Shown here piece by piece: positions 12,480-26,420 of a DNA stretch of 64,000 bases. This DNA comes from Octopus sinensis (lineage: Eukaryota). Numbering within the stretch: the stretch's first letter is position 1; each line of letters begins with the position of its first letter. The notes below the pieces were generated by a model. It saw only the letters and a list, made by a program, of their open reading frames with translations, searched no databases and was not told the origin of the DNA. Where the stretch lies: contig NC_043017.1 of the NCBI RefSeq assembly GCF_006345805.1, positions 25,730,001 through 25,794,000 on the forward strand. Direction: 5' to 3'. A program made the translations under genes and the position numbers.

Positions 12480-12810
12480 AAATACACTGACAGAACCGCC
12501 AAAATGATCTTAATATCAGGTTGAAAAACAATAATAGGTTTTTGATGCGATTCCTTGTCATATACTATTTACAGAGAGCCGATTTTTAAACACATAGGAA
12601 CATAGATAGTTTATAACTACAGGCCAGGTTAACAGCTGAACTGAGGACCAATGGATAGTGTCAAAGATCCCAAACTTGCTATCAAAACACAGAATCAGAT
12701 AATGAAATAGCTTTGGTTTGAAGGGACCCCTTCGGTATTCCTCTGAAGCGCTTAAAAGTGCAATATGCGTGGGGTTAAATTTGGTCAAAACAGAACTGTG
12801 CCTCCCACTG
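12480..12810 (-). pseudogene. Possible decayed LINE RT fragment
   Basis: Frameshifted RGIPKGS..PKLF resembles the GIPQGSxLSPLLF motif; no other clear motif. Confidence 0.3.
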
Positions 12811-13597
12811 TCGAGAAAACGCAAGTCAAGAGAGGAAAACGGGAACGTTAATTAAAATACAACACCAATTGGAGGTGCTCCATTATGGCCGCAGCTCTCC
12901 ATCTGAAACAGGTAAAAGAGTTACAGAATAATATTCAAATGATGCACAATGATATAGATTATATCATAAGTGCGTCTTTTAAGCAAAGCCAAATATATAT
13001 TGAAATATTAGACACGTCCACAGTTTCGGGGCAAGTTTGTATGTTCGCATTGTAACGGTGCAAACCTTTCAATTGATTCGAATAATACGGCATTGATATT
13101 GTATTTATTTGTGTTTATATACGTACGTATATATATGTATGTGTATATATATATATGTGTGTGTGTATGTATATATGTGTGTGTGTGTGTGTGTATGTAT
13201 ATGTGTGTGTGTGTATGTATATGTGTGTGTGTGTGTATGTATATGTGTGTGTGTATGTATATATGTGTGTGTGTGTGTATGTATATATGTGTGTGTGTGT
13301 ATGTATATATGTGTGTGTGTGTATATGTATATATGTATATATGTATATATGTGTGTGTGTGTATATGTATGTATGTATATGTATGTATATATATGTGTAT
13401 GTATGTATATGTATGTGTATGTATGTATATGTATATGTATGTATATGTATGTGTATGTATGTATATGTATATATATGCATATATATATATATATATATAT
13501 AATATATGTGTATATATATATATAGAGAGAGAGAGAGAAAGAGAGAGCGAGTGAGTTTTACAGATATACGTTCATACATACATACATACATATATAA

Positions 13598-13633
<36 letters not shown>

Positions 13634-14992
13634 TGAGTGAGAAATGACTATGTCAACGAAGATATAACCTATGTATATATATATACACAATCACACATAC
13701 GTACGTACATACATAACGTCCGGGGAAATTCTAAAATCAGTGAGTCTGAAAAACTGGTTACATCGGCAATATTTACTGTAGAGAATATTGTGGAGAATGT
13801 GAGGAAAATGCCAAAAAAGAAATGTGAATATAATATCATATCTTTGGTTAAGTAGCCGGAGCAGACACAAGACGACATTAACCATCATGTTATATTATTA
13901 CTTAATATATAACACAATCACAGAATTTCTTGAAGCGAATTAGGAATTATCGATTGAATCGCTTATGAATATTAGGTGCCATTCTCAAAGAATATTCAGT
14001 ATTTTTTCGTAAGAAAAATAATAAAGTTATATAAGACGTTATAGACTCAGGTACGTACGTACGCTTAAGAAGGCCGCTCTGCAGCCGTATTATTTCGGGT
14101 TTAGGTCCCATTGTGTCACGTGGTACTTCTTTCTAAGTATCTTGGTATACGGTCCCAAGCCGGGCAATATTTTGTGTGTGAGTTTAGTTGACGAAATGTG
14201 TATGCGAGGCTGGCGTATACATACAAACGCAGACACTCATGCACGTATGTATGTATATTATAGATAGATGATACATACATACATAGATAGATACATACAT
14301 ACATAGATAGATAGATAGATACATACATACATAATACATACATACATACATACATAGACAAACAGACAGTAGACAGTGAGACGCCAGGTTTCGCGTTCAC
14401 CGACAAGAACAGATCGTTAGGGATAATCAATGTGAAAGCCGAGAAATATTTCTCGAGAGCACCTGTATCCCTTCGGTGGTGCGTCGCTATAATAGGGACC
14501 ATAGCAGATTTCGCCATACACAGGGATCTTGGCAATTTGATAAACCTTCATCGTATTGGTGTATCCTACTATGCGTAGTTGTGTCTTCGGCAGATTTGTT
14601 CCGATGCTGGTAACCATCGCCTGGTCTAGCACTTCGACAATAATGATAAATTCAATTCAGTTGATGCTGATAAGGGCAGTGCTGACGGAATTATCAAGTG
14701 GTCGTAGATAGTGCTGAGTGGTGGTGGTCAAGTTAGAAAGACGCAAAAGAGTGTGGTCAGAATTTCGATTTTGTATTCAATGATCTTGGTCTCTATATAC
14801 ATATACATACATGCAAGCATATATGTGTGTGTACGTATTATGTATGTATATAGATAGATATATAGATAGATAGATAGATAGATAGATAGATTTCTTTATT
14901 AGCCACACAGGGCTGCACACAGATGGGACAAATTACAAGGCAGAGCTTTTCTTTTTGCGTATAAAAAAAGGGGGTTTGGTTTTCGATCAAGG

Positions 14993-15029
<37 letters not shown>

Positions 15030-15384
15030 CTAAAAGATTAGCAATGAAGTTAAGAGCAATCCCATATCTAGTTAGTTGAGAAGAAAACTGAAGCATGATA
15101 AATTGCTGTTTGATTTGCTTTCCCAGCTTTATATATTTTACATTTATAGATAGGTTGATAGATAGATAGATATACGACATGCTTCATTCACTTTCCACCT
15201 AACAAATCCTCTAAAAAGTTTTAGGTTGACCTGAGCCCGTAACAGAAGACACTTGCCCAAGGTGCCACGCAGAAGGACTGAAATCGATTGAGAAGCAAAA
15301 GTCTTTCCACACAGCCATACCTGCGCTTATACGGACCAAACTACGTCATATATTCTACTCGCAAAGCTTCCGCTGCAGTATTCC

Positions 15385-15801
15385 TATTTCTTTATTACCC
15401 ACAAGGGGCTAAACACAGAGGGAACAAACAAGGACAGACATAGGTATTAAGTCGATTACATCGACCCCAGTGCCTAACTGGTACTTAATTCATCGACCCC
15501 GAAAGGATGAAAGGCAAAGTCGACTCGGCGGCGGATTTGAACTCACAACGTAACGGCAGACGAAATACCTATTTCTTTATTACCCACAAGGAGCTAAACA
15601 TAGAGGGGACAAACAAGGACAGACATAGGTATGAGGTCGATTACATCGACCCCAGTGCGTAACTGGTACTTAATTTATCGACCCCGAAAGGATGAAAGGC
15701 AAAGTCGACCTCGGCGGAATTTGAACTCACAACGTAACGGCAGACGAAATACCGCTAAGCATTTCGTCCGGCGTGGTAACGTTTCTGCTAGCTCACCGCC
15801 T
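15385..15801 (-). mobile_element. SINE family A head-to-tail dimer
   Basis: Two bodies joined at cagacgaaatacctatttctttattacccacaag; only one head is present. Confidence 0.9.
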
Positions 15802-16215
15802 TTCGGTTTTGTATATCGCTGCAGTATTCCGCCGCTCTACCACCCCAGCGTTTTAACTGTATATCCTTAAATTACTTTTGTTCTTTGAATAATCTAAATC
15901 ACATATTTCTCTTTAATAAAACAATGTAATTTACTTTAAGATCCTCTACACACAATCATGTCACATAAGAAGACAGATCAGTTTATCTATTATGGTAATC
16001 TCTAATGATAATCAAAAGAGACTCGAAAACTAATCAGTTACCCACAGATTGTTCCTCATCGATCGTGACTGCAATTACTTTACCACATACAGAGATTATC
16101 AAAAGCACTACCTGCAGCTTCTAATGTAGATAATGTAATTATTTATCGTATAACTTGATGGCGATAGTTAATTAAATTCATTGATAAAATGTCTTTCCCC
16201 TGCCGATAACGGAGG

Positions 16216-16295
<80 letters not shown>

Positions 16296-16460
16296 GGTAT
16301 CAACAATAATAACAATAATAATAATAAAGATTTCCTTAGTCCATCTCCACTCTGAACGTAAATAAATTCATTTTTACTGCGAATAGACGTGACATCGCCA
16401 TAATGGCGGACAAATGGGTTTATATACATATATGAGTGCGTAGTTATGTGTGACTATATA

Positions 16461-16525
<65 letters not shown>

Positions 16526-16901
16526 TATATATATGTATATATATGATATGTATATATATATATATGTATATGTATATATATGTATATATATATATATGTA
16601 TATGTAATATATGTATATATTATATATATGTATATATATGTATATATATATTATATGTATATATATATAATATGTATTATATGTATATATATATATATAT
16701 GTATATGTATATATATATATATGTGTGTTATATATATTATATAGGTGTGTGTATATATATATATAATGTGTATATAATATATATATGTGTGTGTATATAT
16801 ATATATATATGTGTGGTATATATTATATATATAATATATATATATATATCTATACATACATGCATGCATTATAACTATGTGTAAATACAGATATGGATAT
16901 G

Positions 16902-16959
<58 letters not shown>

Positions 16960-17473
16960 ATCGTGTTACTTTCATTGTGGGCATGTTATTTGCTTTGAAG
17001 GTGAGCAGTAATGTGCAAGCAAAGTTTTTTTTTAATTTTCATGCAAAATATATGGATATAAAGGAACATGGTTTTTTTTAATTAATAAATATTTTGCGTT
17101 GTTATAAATTGGTATTCATTTAACTGAGTGTTTTGCAAGAGTGATTACATTAGAAAATACAATGGCTACCTTTGGACATATTGCTAGATATGGTTATATA
17201 GTATATATATATACTATATTATAGATAGAGAGAGAGATTATATATCTATATGCATATATGTATACATACATACTTATATGCATACACACATATATATGTG
17301 TATGTATTTGAGAATTGTAAAGGATATATGTGTCTATATATATATAAAAATATACCTAGATTTAAATGCAAACAAGTAGGATCATGTACATATGTAGGAC
17401 CATGTACATATGTATACACACATATATATATATAATCATTATGTCTATACATATATAGGCACATATACAATGG

Positions 17474-17509
<36 letters not shown>

Positions 17510-17581
17510 ATATATTATCATTTTGTCTATAAATATATAGGCACATATACAATGTATAAGTCATATATATATATATAATAT

Positions 17582-17627
<46 letters not shown>

Positions 17628-17948
17628 CATACATATGTGTGTTTGTGTGTGTATATGTACGATACATGCATTGTGACAAGCTGAGACTTAGGCATGCCTA
17701 TAACAAAACAATCGAGGCAGACGTTTCAATAACCAGATATGAAGAGATACATTCACACTGATATAATGTATAATCTACATTATTAGATCAGTAGAAAAAT
17801 GAAGGACGTAACAATTAACTGCGATGTTATTCAACCGTGGATCACGTCACACATTACTGACGCTTATCTTTTCCTTTCATATACTAACGATGTCAATAAA
17901 CACAGATATTCTGTCTACATGTCTACCAACAGCCACAATGATTTACGA

Positions 17949-17988
<40 letters not shown>

Positions 17989-18022
17989 GTATGTATAAGG
18001 GTGAGAAGGAACACACGAGTTG

Positions 18023-18240
18023 ATATATATGAAAAAACAAGTCAAAATAGAAAATGCTAAAATAATTTTATAAAGAACATTTCAGTACCGGTTTCGGTTA
18101 TTTTGAGACCTTTTCAACTGTAACGATTAAATAATAAATTTAGAAAAAATTAAAAGAAAATGTCTCAAAATGACCGAAACCGGTACTGAAATGTTCTTTA
18201 TAAAATTATTTTAGCATTTTCTATTTTGACTTGTTTTTTC

Positions 18241-18248
<8 letters not shown>
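18023..18248. repeat. Near-perfect ~87-bp inverted repeat with hammerhead-like remnant
   Basis: Arms 18023-18109 and 18162-18248 differ by one visible mismatch; flanked by (TA)n. Confidence 0.9.
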
Positions 18249-18277
<29 letters not shown>

Positions 18278-19076
18278 ATATATATCCGTGTATTATGTAA
18301 AACATAAGCATTTTTGGAAAAGCAGCAACATTAGATGATCCTATGTTAATATGTTTTTTTATATATACAGACAGAATGTGTTTGTCGATAAGGTTTTTTT
18401 CATTTTATGCTCTGTAGTGTTTGCGCTTCTAGTGAAGTGAAAGCAATATCCGCTGGTTACCTTGTGTTATACTCATTTTCGAATTTGCTTCTGTTTCTTT
18501 TTGTTTGTAGTCTGTCTCCTTTTTTTGTTTCTCTTTCCATCTCCCCCCCCCCCAACCCGTGTATTGATGCTTGCATTGAGCAATTGTTGTCTGGAAAACA
18601 TCAGTTTTCTTTGCGCTTAATTTTAGGTTCGGAAATCATTAGAAATATTTCGCATAACGTACAAGCACACACTGTATCGCTGTCACGTGCATACATGCGT
18701 AAGCATATGCATACATACACTCATACATACAAACATAGATTTATATATGCACACACATACACACATATATATATATATATATACACATTCATAAACACTG
18801 TTTAACTCCCCAATTTTGTCAATGTGTCTGTGTGACTAAGCCTCTTTCTCTCTCTCCTTCTTTCTCTCTCTCTCTCTTTGTATATATATATATACACACA
18901 CACACACTATATATACATATCTATATCTATATATCTTAGTAACTATCAATACATCTACCCGTGTCTGTGTATGTGTAGGCATGCATGTGTATCTATGTAT
19001 ATATGGATAGATAGAGAGATAGATAGACAGACAGGCAGAGGGATAGTTAGATTGATTCTTAGATATTTATATATAT

Positions 19077-19118
<42 letters not shown>

Positions 19119-20397
19119 ATATCAAAGGGTAATTACAAATATTTGAAATTTCCATTACCAGTGGCCGAGCATGTAAAAATTTAGTCAATAGACTATATAT
19201 TATTCATACAAATACAGTGTACATTTAAACACACTAGAGGCATCTATCATAGGATTCTTTGCACGCTAGAAATGACAGTTAAATTCCAAACCACTGTTAG
19301 GGATAAAATTTGTAAGGGAATGAAAAATAAAAACATTTATCATCTAGCTCTTGGACTAATGGTTTCAGACATGTTTTTAGCAAATAAAATAATTTGCAAG
19401 GCGAAGTCTTCTTCAGCAGGTACACCTTAGATTAAATATATATACACGAGGCAATCCAGTATATGCCCCATGCTTATACATTCTAATTTTTCAAATCTAC
19501 CGCGCAAACGCAGCTCCTTGTCGCAGTAAATAAAATGTCGGCTTTTTCAAATCGAAAATTATCCAGAAAAATTATCGATAAAACGAAAAATCGCTAAAAC
19601 GATGTAGGACTAGTTAGATAACAACGCCACAAACAAACACACACACACAGATTTCGACATATGAAGTAGATATATATACTGAGTGGCCTCTGACAAGTTG
19701 TCTTCTACCATATCATGCGGTCAACGAAACCCTTGTGGGTGGATTTGGTTGTTGGAAACTGAAGGAATCCAGTCGTATATCTATCTATATATATATATAC
19801 GTATATATTTCTATACATGTCTGTGTGTATGACTGTGTGCGTGCGCTAGCGAGTCTGTGCATTTGCGTGCATATCCGTGTCTGAGTTCGTTCCTTACCAC
19901 CGCCTGAAAACGAATGGTAGTGTATTTATATGCCAGTGACTTAACGGTTCGGCAAAAGACATAATAGAAATAGTTATTAAACAGTGCCTTGATATAATAT
20001 TCTTTACACAAAAGAGTTATATGCATAGTATACCTATCGTTATCTCAAAGTGCAACCATCTTAAATATTGTTTTTTAGTTATTTAACTATTTTATAACAT
20101 TCCTTTCATATAATTGATATACGCTGATTATCAATCGTTACTTTCCAATACTGGCATCATTTATTTATTTAGATTCGGTATTTGTTTTGTAAGATACTTG
20201 ATGGGAACTTGTGTGTGGAAATAGATTTTAAAACAGATAATGACCCTCCTGAGATATAAAACAACCATTTACGTAAACAAAGGTTAATGCTTTATTTAAC
20301 CATTCCATAACTTTTATGTTAAAAACGTGATGTGCATAAGATATCTAACGTTGGATTCCGGTGCAAACACCGTTTACTTAAACGACGCTTCATCATT

Positions 20398-21073
20398 TGT
20401 TTCTTTTTGTTGGACATAAAATCGTTTTATGGCGGATGGAAGCGTCATATCATGAGACCAACTAGTCTAGGCTAACATAATATTGATTACAAATTTTGAC
20501 ACGAGGCCAGTAATGGTGGATTACATCAACCCCAGTACTCATCTGGTGCTTATCTATTTCATTGACCTCGAAACGATGAAAGGCAAAGTGGAGCTCGGTG
20601 GAATTTGAACTCAGGAACATAGAATGTAAAAACGAACGAAATGCCACTATACATTTTTTTTCCTTTGACCTAACTCGCAGCTTATAGAGGAACATATTGA
20701 TTTGAAATTAAAATACAAAGCGAGTAATTTCTTTTTGTTGGACATAAAGTCGTTTTATGGCGGATGGAAGCGTCATATCATGAGACCAACTAGTCTAGAC
20801 AACATAATATTGATTACAAATTTTGACACGAGGCCGGCAATGGTGGATTACATCAACTCCAGTATTCAACTGGTACTTATTTTATTGACCTCGAAACGAT
20901 GAAAGGCAAAGTGGGGCTCGGTGGAATTTGAACTCAGGAACACAGAATGTAAAGACAAACGAAATGCCACTATACATTGTTTTTCCTTTGAGCTAACGAT
21001 CCTCCCAACTCGTAGCTTATAGAGGAACATATTATTGATCGATTTGAAATTAAAGTACAAAGCGAGTAATTTC
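20398..21073 (+). repeat. ~330-bp tandem duplication
   Basis: tttctttttgttggacataaa...caaagcgagtaatttc occurs twice. Confidence 0.9.
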
Positions 21074-21240
21074 GAGAAAGGAGTTAAATCGATGACATTG
21101 ACACTTGGGCTCAACTGGTAATTATTTTATCGACCTTGAAACGATAAAAGGCAAAGTCGGCCTCCATGATATTTGAACTCAAAACGTATAAGCGGACGAA
21201 GCGCTACTCAGCATTTTGTCCGGAATGCTGACAATTCTGT
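20490..21240 (-). mobile_element. Degenerate SINE A-related fragments
   Basis: Diverged gatgaaaggcaaagt...gaatttgaactc blocks at about 20575, 20898 and 21142. Similar old copies occur near 25420-25585, 28070-28450, 35490-36200, 42245-42390, 46420-46650, 49690-51070 and 53900-54360. Confidence 0.7.
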
Positions 21241-22723
21241 CACATTATTCTATAGTGGCGATGGTGCTGCTGCTCCTAGATCACGTGTGCATCATCCTTA
21301 AGTACATTGAATACTTTTCGTTCGTACAATTGTTTGAACACCTTTACTTATCCATAGAATAATTTCACTTTCAAAATTACTTCTGTCAGATCCAACCAAT
21401 AGAATTATATTTTCTGAAATCTTTTCCGCAAGATGTTCCTTTGACATAGATTATCAAAATGCCCTGCTTTCTAAAACAAAAATCAACAATTACACTGAAT
21501 ATTTGGAAGATATTACAACTTCTCTGAACCTCATAACCGGAATACCAACGACTGTGATCGTTTTCTAGTGTTTCATAAAAACATGACTGAGCAGTGAAGA
21601 AGCCTGCTTTTACAATCAAGTGGTTTCGGGTTCAGTCTCAATTCGCGGCACCTTGGTCAAGTGTCTTCTATTTTGGTCGCAGGCCGACCAATACCTTGTG
21701 AGTGAATTGGGCAGACGGGGTAATTGTGTGGTACCCGTTGCATATGCGTGTCTGTGCCCACCACAACCAGTTAACAACTGGTGTTGGTTTGTTTACGTCC
21801 CTGTAACTTAGAGCTTCGGTAGACGTGTCCGATATGATAGGTGCCAATCATAAAAAAGGAAAAAAAAGTACCTGGGTCGATTTTTTTACAATTAAAGCCT
21901 TCAATGGGATACATAACACAAACTCATTCTAACGACTGCAAAAGCTCACGGCTTTCACGACAATTGACTTACTTCTATAGAAATTCGAAAACGCTCTTTC
22001 CGATCTAATAGCATATTTGTTACTACAAATCGAATCTTTGTTGAAATATATTAAAATAATTACTAGTTGAACATCCTCGACTACGCATCATGGTTTTACA
22101 TACACCAAACAAATCAAAGATTCCCTTGTATTTTTATTTTTATTTTCTGTTGTACTTTGTTTTGTTTTGTTCTTTTTCTTTCTTGAAATGCAGTTCACAT
22201 AACGCCTTTTGCCATAATACTATTGACTTCTACTTTTTACTTGCTTCACTCATTCGCTGCAGGCATGCTGGGGTACCGCATTAAACAAATACCAATAGGA
22301 CATGTGTCTTTTTAAAAACCTGGTACTTATACTTGCCGTCATTCTTGCCAAAGCCTTTGTGAGTGAATTTGTGTGTACGTACGTGTGTGTATGGATGTGT
22401 GTCTGCATGTCCCCATAACATCGCTCGACAACAGATGTTGATGTGTTTATGTGCTCGTAACAAAGCGGTTCGGCAAAAGAGACCGATAGAATAAGTACTA
22501 GGCTTACAAAGAATAAGTCCTCGGTGTCGATTGCTTCGACTAAAGGCGGTGCTTCAGCATGGCCGCAGTCAAATGACTGAAACAAGTAAGAGAAAAAGAG
22601 AATATGCGTGTATGTGTGTGTATAAATATATATATATACATGCATATATATATATGCACACACACATATATATATATACATATAATACATACATGCTTAC
22701 ATAGACATATTCAGACAGACACG

Positions 22724-22775
<52 letters not shown>

Positions 22776-23416
22776 CACTTATATACATGTTAGCGTGTTA
22801 CTCAATCTTCACACACACACACTGACTAATAATTAGCTTGCATTACTGGCCAATTGCAATTCTAACGGAATCTACCATCTAAATCCACTTTATCTCTCAG
22901 ACTAATAAATTATACAACACGCCAACCGATGTTCTGCGCATTTGTAATGGAGTTTATATGTAACTTCATAAACCCCGCTGGAAGATGTTCAACGTTTGCT
23001 TCTGTTTCAAAATATTATAATTAATCGGTCTGATAAATGTACGCAGATGTATGTTAGACTTGCAAACATACACAAATATATGCTTGCATGCTTTTCCAGA
23101 TATATAGGCACACGAAAGTACACATACATAATTCGAGACATACATCTACCTCACTAGCTTGCTATATGTATCTAACTCTCGATCTATCTTACTCTTTACT
23201 CTTTACTTGTTTCAGTCATTTGACTGCGGCCATGCTGGAGCACCGCCTTTAGTCGAGCAAATCGACCCTGGGACTTATTCTTTGTAAGACCAGTACTTAA
23301 TCTATCGGTCTCTTTTGCCGAACCGCTAAGTGATGGGGACGTAAGCACACCAGCATCGGTTGTCAAGCAATGTTAGGGGGACAAACACAGACACACAAAC
23401 ACACACACATACACAT

Positions 23417-23720
23417 AGGAAAAGAAGGAAAAGAAGAAGAAGAAGAAGAAGAAGGAAAAGAAGGAAAAGGAGAAGAAGAAGGAAAAGCAGGAGAAAAAGA
23501 AGGAAAAGAAGGAAAAGTAGAAGAAGGAAAAGCAGGAGAAGGAAAAGAAGGAGGAGAGAAGCAAAAGTAGAAGAAGGAAAAGAAGAAGAAGAAAAAGAAG
23601 GATGCAATAAGAAAATTGCAAAGACAGAAGAAAAAGAAAAGAAGCCGACAAACAGAAAGTGATTGAGGAATGATAAAGAAGGAAGATTGATTGAATGAAA
23701 GAAAAAGGATTCAAAAGAAA
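23417..23720 (+). repeat. Purine-rich (GAA/GGAAAA)n low-complexity tract
   Basis: Directly visible; the K/R/E-rich ORFs arise from it. Confidence 0.9.
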
Positions 23721-24029
23721 CCGAAAGAATGAAAGAAATAAATGAAATATAAAAAAAGTGATGGCATGTCTATTGAGTAATGTATTAAAGAAGAATCCAT
23801 TGATATCACTATATTTGGTAATTAGAGAAGGGAAATCTTTGTTGAAGCCGATGCCATCGATAGATGTGGAAAGTATGTGCGGACGAGAGAGACACTGGCG
23901 GATAATGCGGCATGTCAGATGGAGGAAGAGAGATAACGAGCATCCATGTGGAAAATTCAGCCTGAGACATACATAAATGCATACGTACTTACGTGCGTAC
24001 GTACATACACACGTACATATATTGTATAT

Positions 24030-24076
<47 letters not shown>

Positions 24077-24087
24077 AGAAAACATGC

Positions 24088-24128
<41 letters not shown>

Positions 24129-24319
24129 AGAAAACATATATATATATATATATATATAGATATATATATATATATATAAGAAACACATATATATATATAT
24201 AATATAAAACTATATATACATATATATGTGTGTGATTTGTATACAAATGTAAACATGTAGATATAGAGACTTACACACAAGCACTATATAAACATGCACA
24301 TACATACATACATACATAT

Positions 24320-24377
<58 letters not shown>

Positions 24378-24520
24378 TAAATGATTGATCATATTACAAA
24401 CACTAAAGGAATATAGTGTATAATGTTTGTGAGGGAGTGTCATAGCACCCACAAAAGTGTGTTGTATATATATATATGTATATACAAGTTTTATTTGTGC
24501 TACGACTCTCACTCCTTCTA

Positions 24521-24552
<32 letters not shown>

Positions 24553-24948
24553 AAGCAATATACAATATATTTCTTTAGTGTTTGTAATATGATCAATCAA
24601 CCGGCATTTAATTTATCAGAATCATTTAAATGACGACTTAGCACTTGACAATTTGGTTACAGTCTGCTACCTACCTACCGCCTCCTCGTTTTACATAAGT
24701 GAAACCAACTCATTTTACACTGATTGACTAACATCTCTGTTTGATCGAGTTTAAAACAGTGAATGATTGATGAATGCTATCGATAACTTGATACGAAGCG
24801 ACCAACCATCGATGGCAGAGACTACAGCAGTGTTAGTAGAGGGTGACATTTAGTCAGGTCGTTTGCATGACAAATTCCAAGCGAATATGTGCCCGTCATC
24901 ATTCTATGCTACATTTTACTATTACAAGTTACATACTTACTCTAATGT

Positions 24949-25329
24949 GGAGGCGCAATGGCCCAGTGGTTAGGGCAGCGGACTCGCGGTCGTAGGATCG
25001 CGGTTTCGATTCCCAGGCCGGGCGTTGTGAGTGTTTATTGAGCGAAAACACCTAAAGCTCCACGAGGCTCCGGCAGGGATGGTGGTGATCCCTGCTGTAC
25101 TCTTTCACCAGAACTTTCTCTCACTCTTACTTCCTGTTTCTGTTGTATCTGTATTTCAAAGGGCCGGCCTTGTCACTCTCTGTGTCACGCTGAATATCCC
25201 CGAGAACTACGTTAAGGGTACATGTGTCTGTGGAGTGCTCAGCCACTTACACGTTAATTTCACGAGCAGGCTGTTCCGTTGATCGGATCAACCGGAACCC
25301 TCGTCTTCGTAACCGACGGAGTGCTTCCC
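24949..25329 (+). mobile_element. SINE family C head with tail T1, 14-bp TSD
   Basis: TSD acttactctaatgt at 24935-24948 and 25330-25343; tRNA-like head with A/B boxes. Confidence 0.95.
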
Positions 25330-25640
25330 ACTTACTCTAATGTAGCTTTAAGAGATAATATGCTGTGGTAGTTTATATTTAAATCACTAGTGTTTCCTTG
25401 GCGGTAACCGTAATGATTCTAGATTTCGCACAAGGCCAGCAGTTTTGAAGGTGAGTTAAGCCGATTATATCGGCCCCAGTGTTCAATTGCCGCAAAACGA
25501 TGGAATTTGAACTCAGAACGTAAAGATGGACGAAATACCGCTAAGCCCATTGTCCGGCAAGGTAACGGTTCTATAAGCTCGCTTCCTTGATGGTGGCCGG
25601 AATAATCGTTTCCACTATGGGCAAAAAATCTGAAATTTTC

Positions 25641-25675
<35 letters not shown>

Positions 25676-26014
25676 CGTATGTGTGTTCGTGTATATATGT
25701 ATGTATATATATATATGTGTAAGTATATATATATATTATATATATATATATATATATGTATGTACGTATGTATATATGCGTGTATATATATGTGTGTATG
25801 TATGTACATCTATATGTGTGTATATATATATATGTATGTATATATATATATGTATATATTTATGCATATATATATATATGTGTGTGTGTGGGTGGGTGTT
25901 ACTGTGTGTGAGTGTGTGTTTCTTCCGTTAAGGGAGTTCTTCCCTATATTTCCAGTATCTTTTCTTTACGAATTCCTTATCATGTCAGTATGAATATATG
26001 TAATCAAATGACCT

Positions 26015-26420
26015 TTGGAGTTTAACGTCATCAAATAAAATGAACTGAAGCGGATGATGGATTTTTCAGTTATTCAATCCCAGACAACTGTTTCTGTCAA
26101 AGAACCATGATATAATTTTGTTTTAAATAATGCATACTATTATTATATAATGTCTTATTTGTACCCACCAGCGGGTTATAATTAAAAATTAAAATACGAA
26201 GTTTAGAACTTATTACCTAGATTAATTGCTTTAGTTTTTAATTATAACCCACCGGTGAGTACAAAAAAACATATGATAATAATATACATTATTGTTTTTA
26301 TTATATCATGTTTTTTTATGACAGTAACAGCTGTCTGGGATAACTGAACAAATGAAAACTGCATCATCAATATCAAAACCTGTTTCATTTAATTTTATTT
26401 GACGGCATTTATTGTATTCC
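26015..26420. repeat. ~400-bp diverged foldback
   Basis: tttgtacccaccagcgggttataattaaaaattaaa pairs with tttagtttttaattataacccaccggtgagtacaaa; pairing continues outward (tcccagacaactg / cagctgtctggga; gatgatg / catcatc). Confidence 0.8.

Noticed and set aside
13093-13690. Long Y/I/C/V/M/H/T-rich ORFs here and at 16543-16884, 23373-24188, 37180-38435, 45304-45756 and 61972-63943
   Set aside because: These are translations of (TA)n/(TG)n/(CA)n microsatellites that lack stop codons; there is no coding signal.
23360-23662. Protamine-like K/R-rich and K/E/G-rich ORFs
   Set aside because: They arise from a (GAA)-type purine tract abutting a SINE fragment; several frames are open for compositional reasons.
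24949-25020. tRNA gene calls for heads of families B, C and D
   Set aside because: They continue directly into SINE bodies with TSDs and have imperfect cloverleaves.
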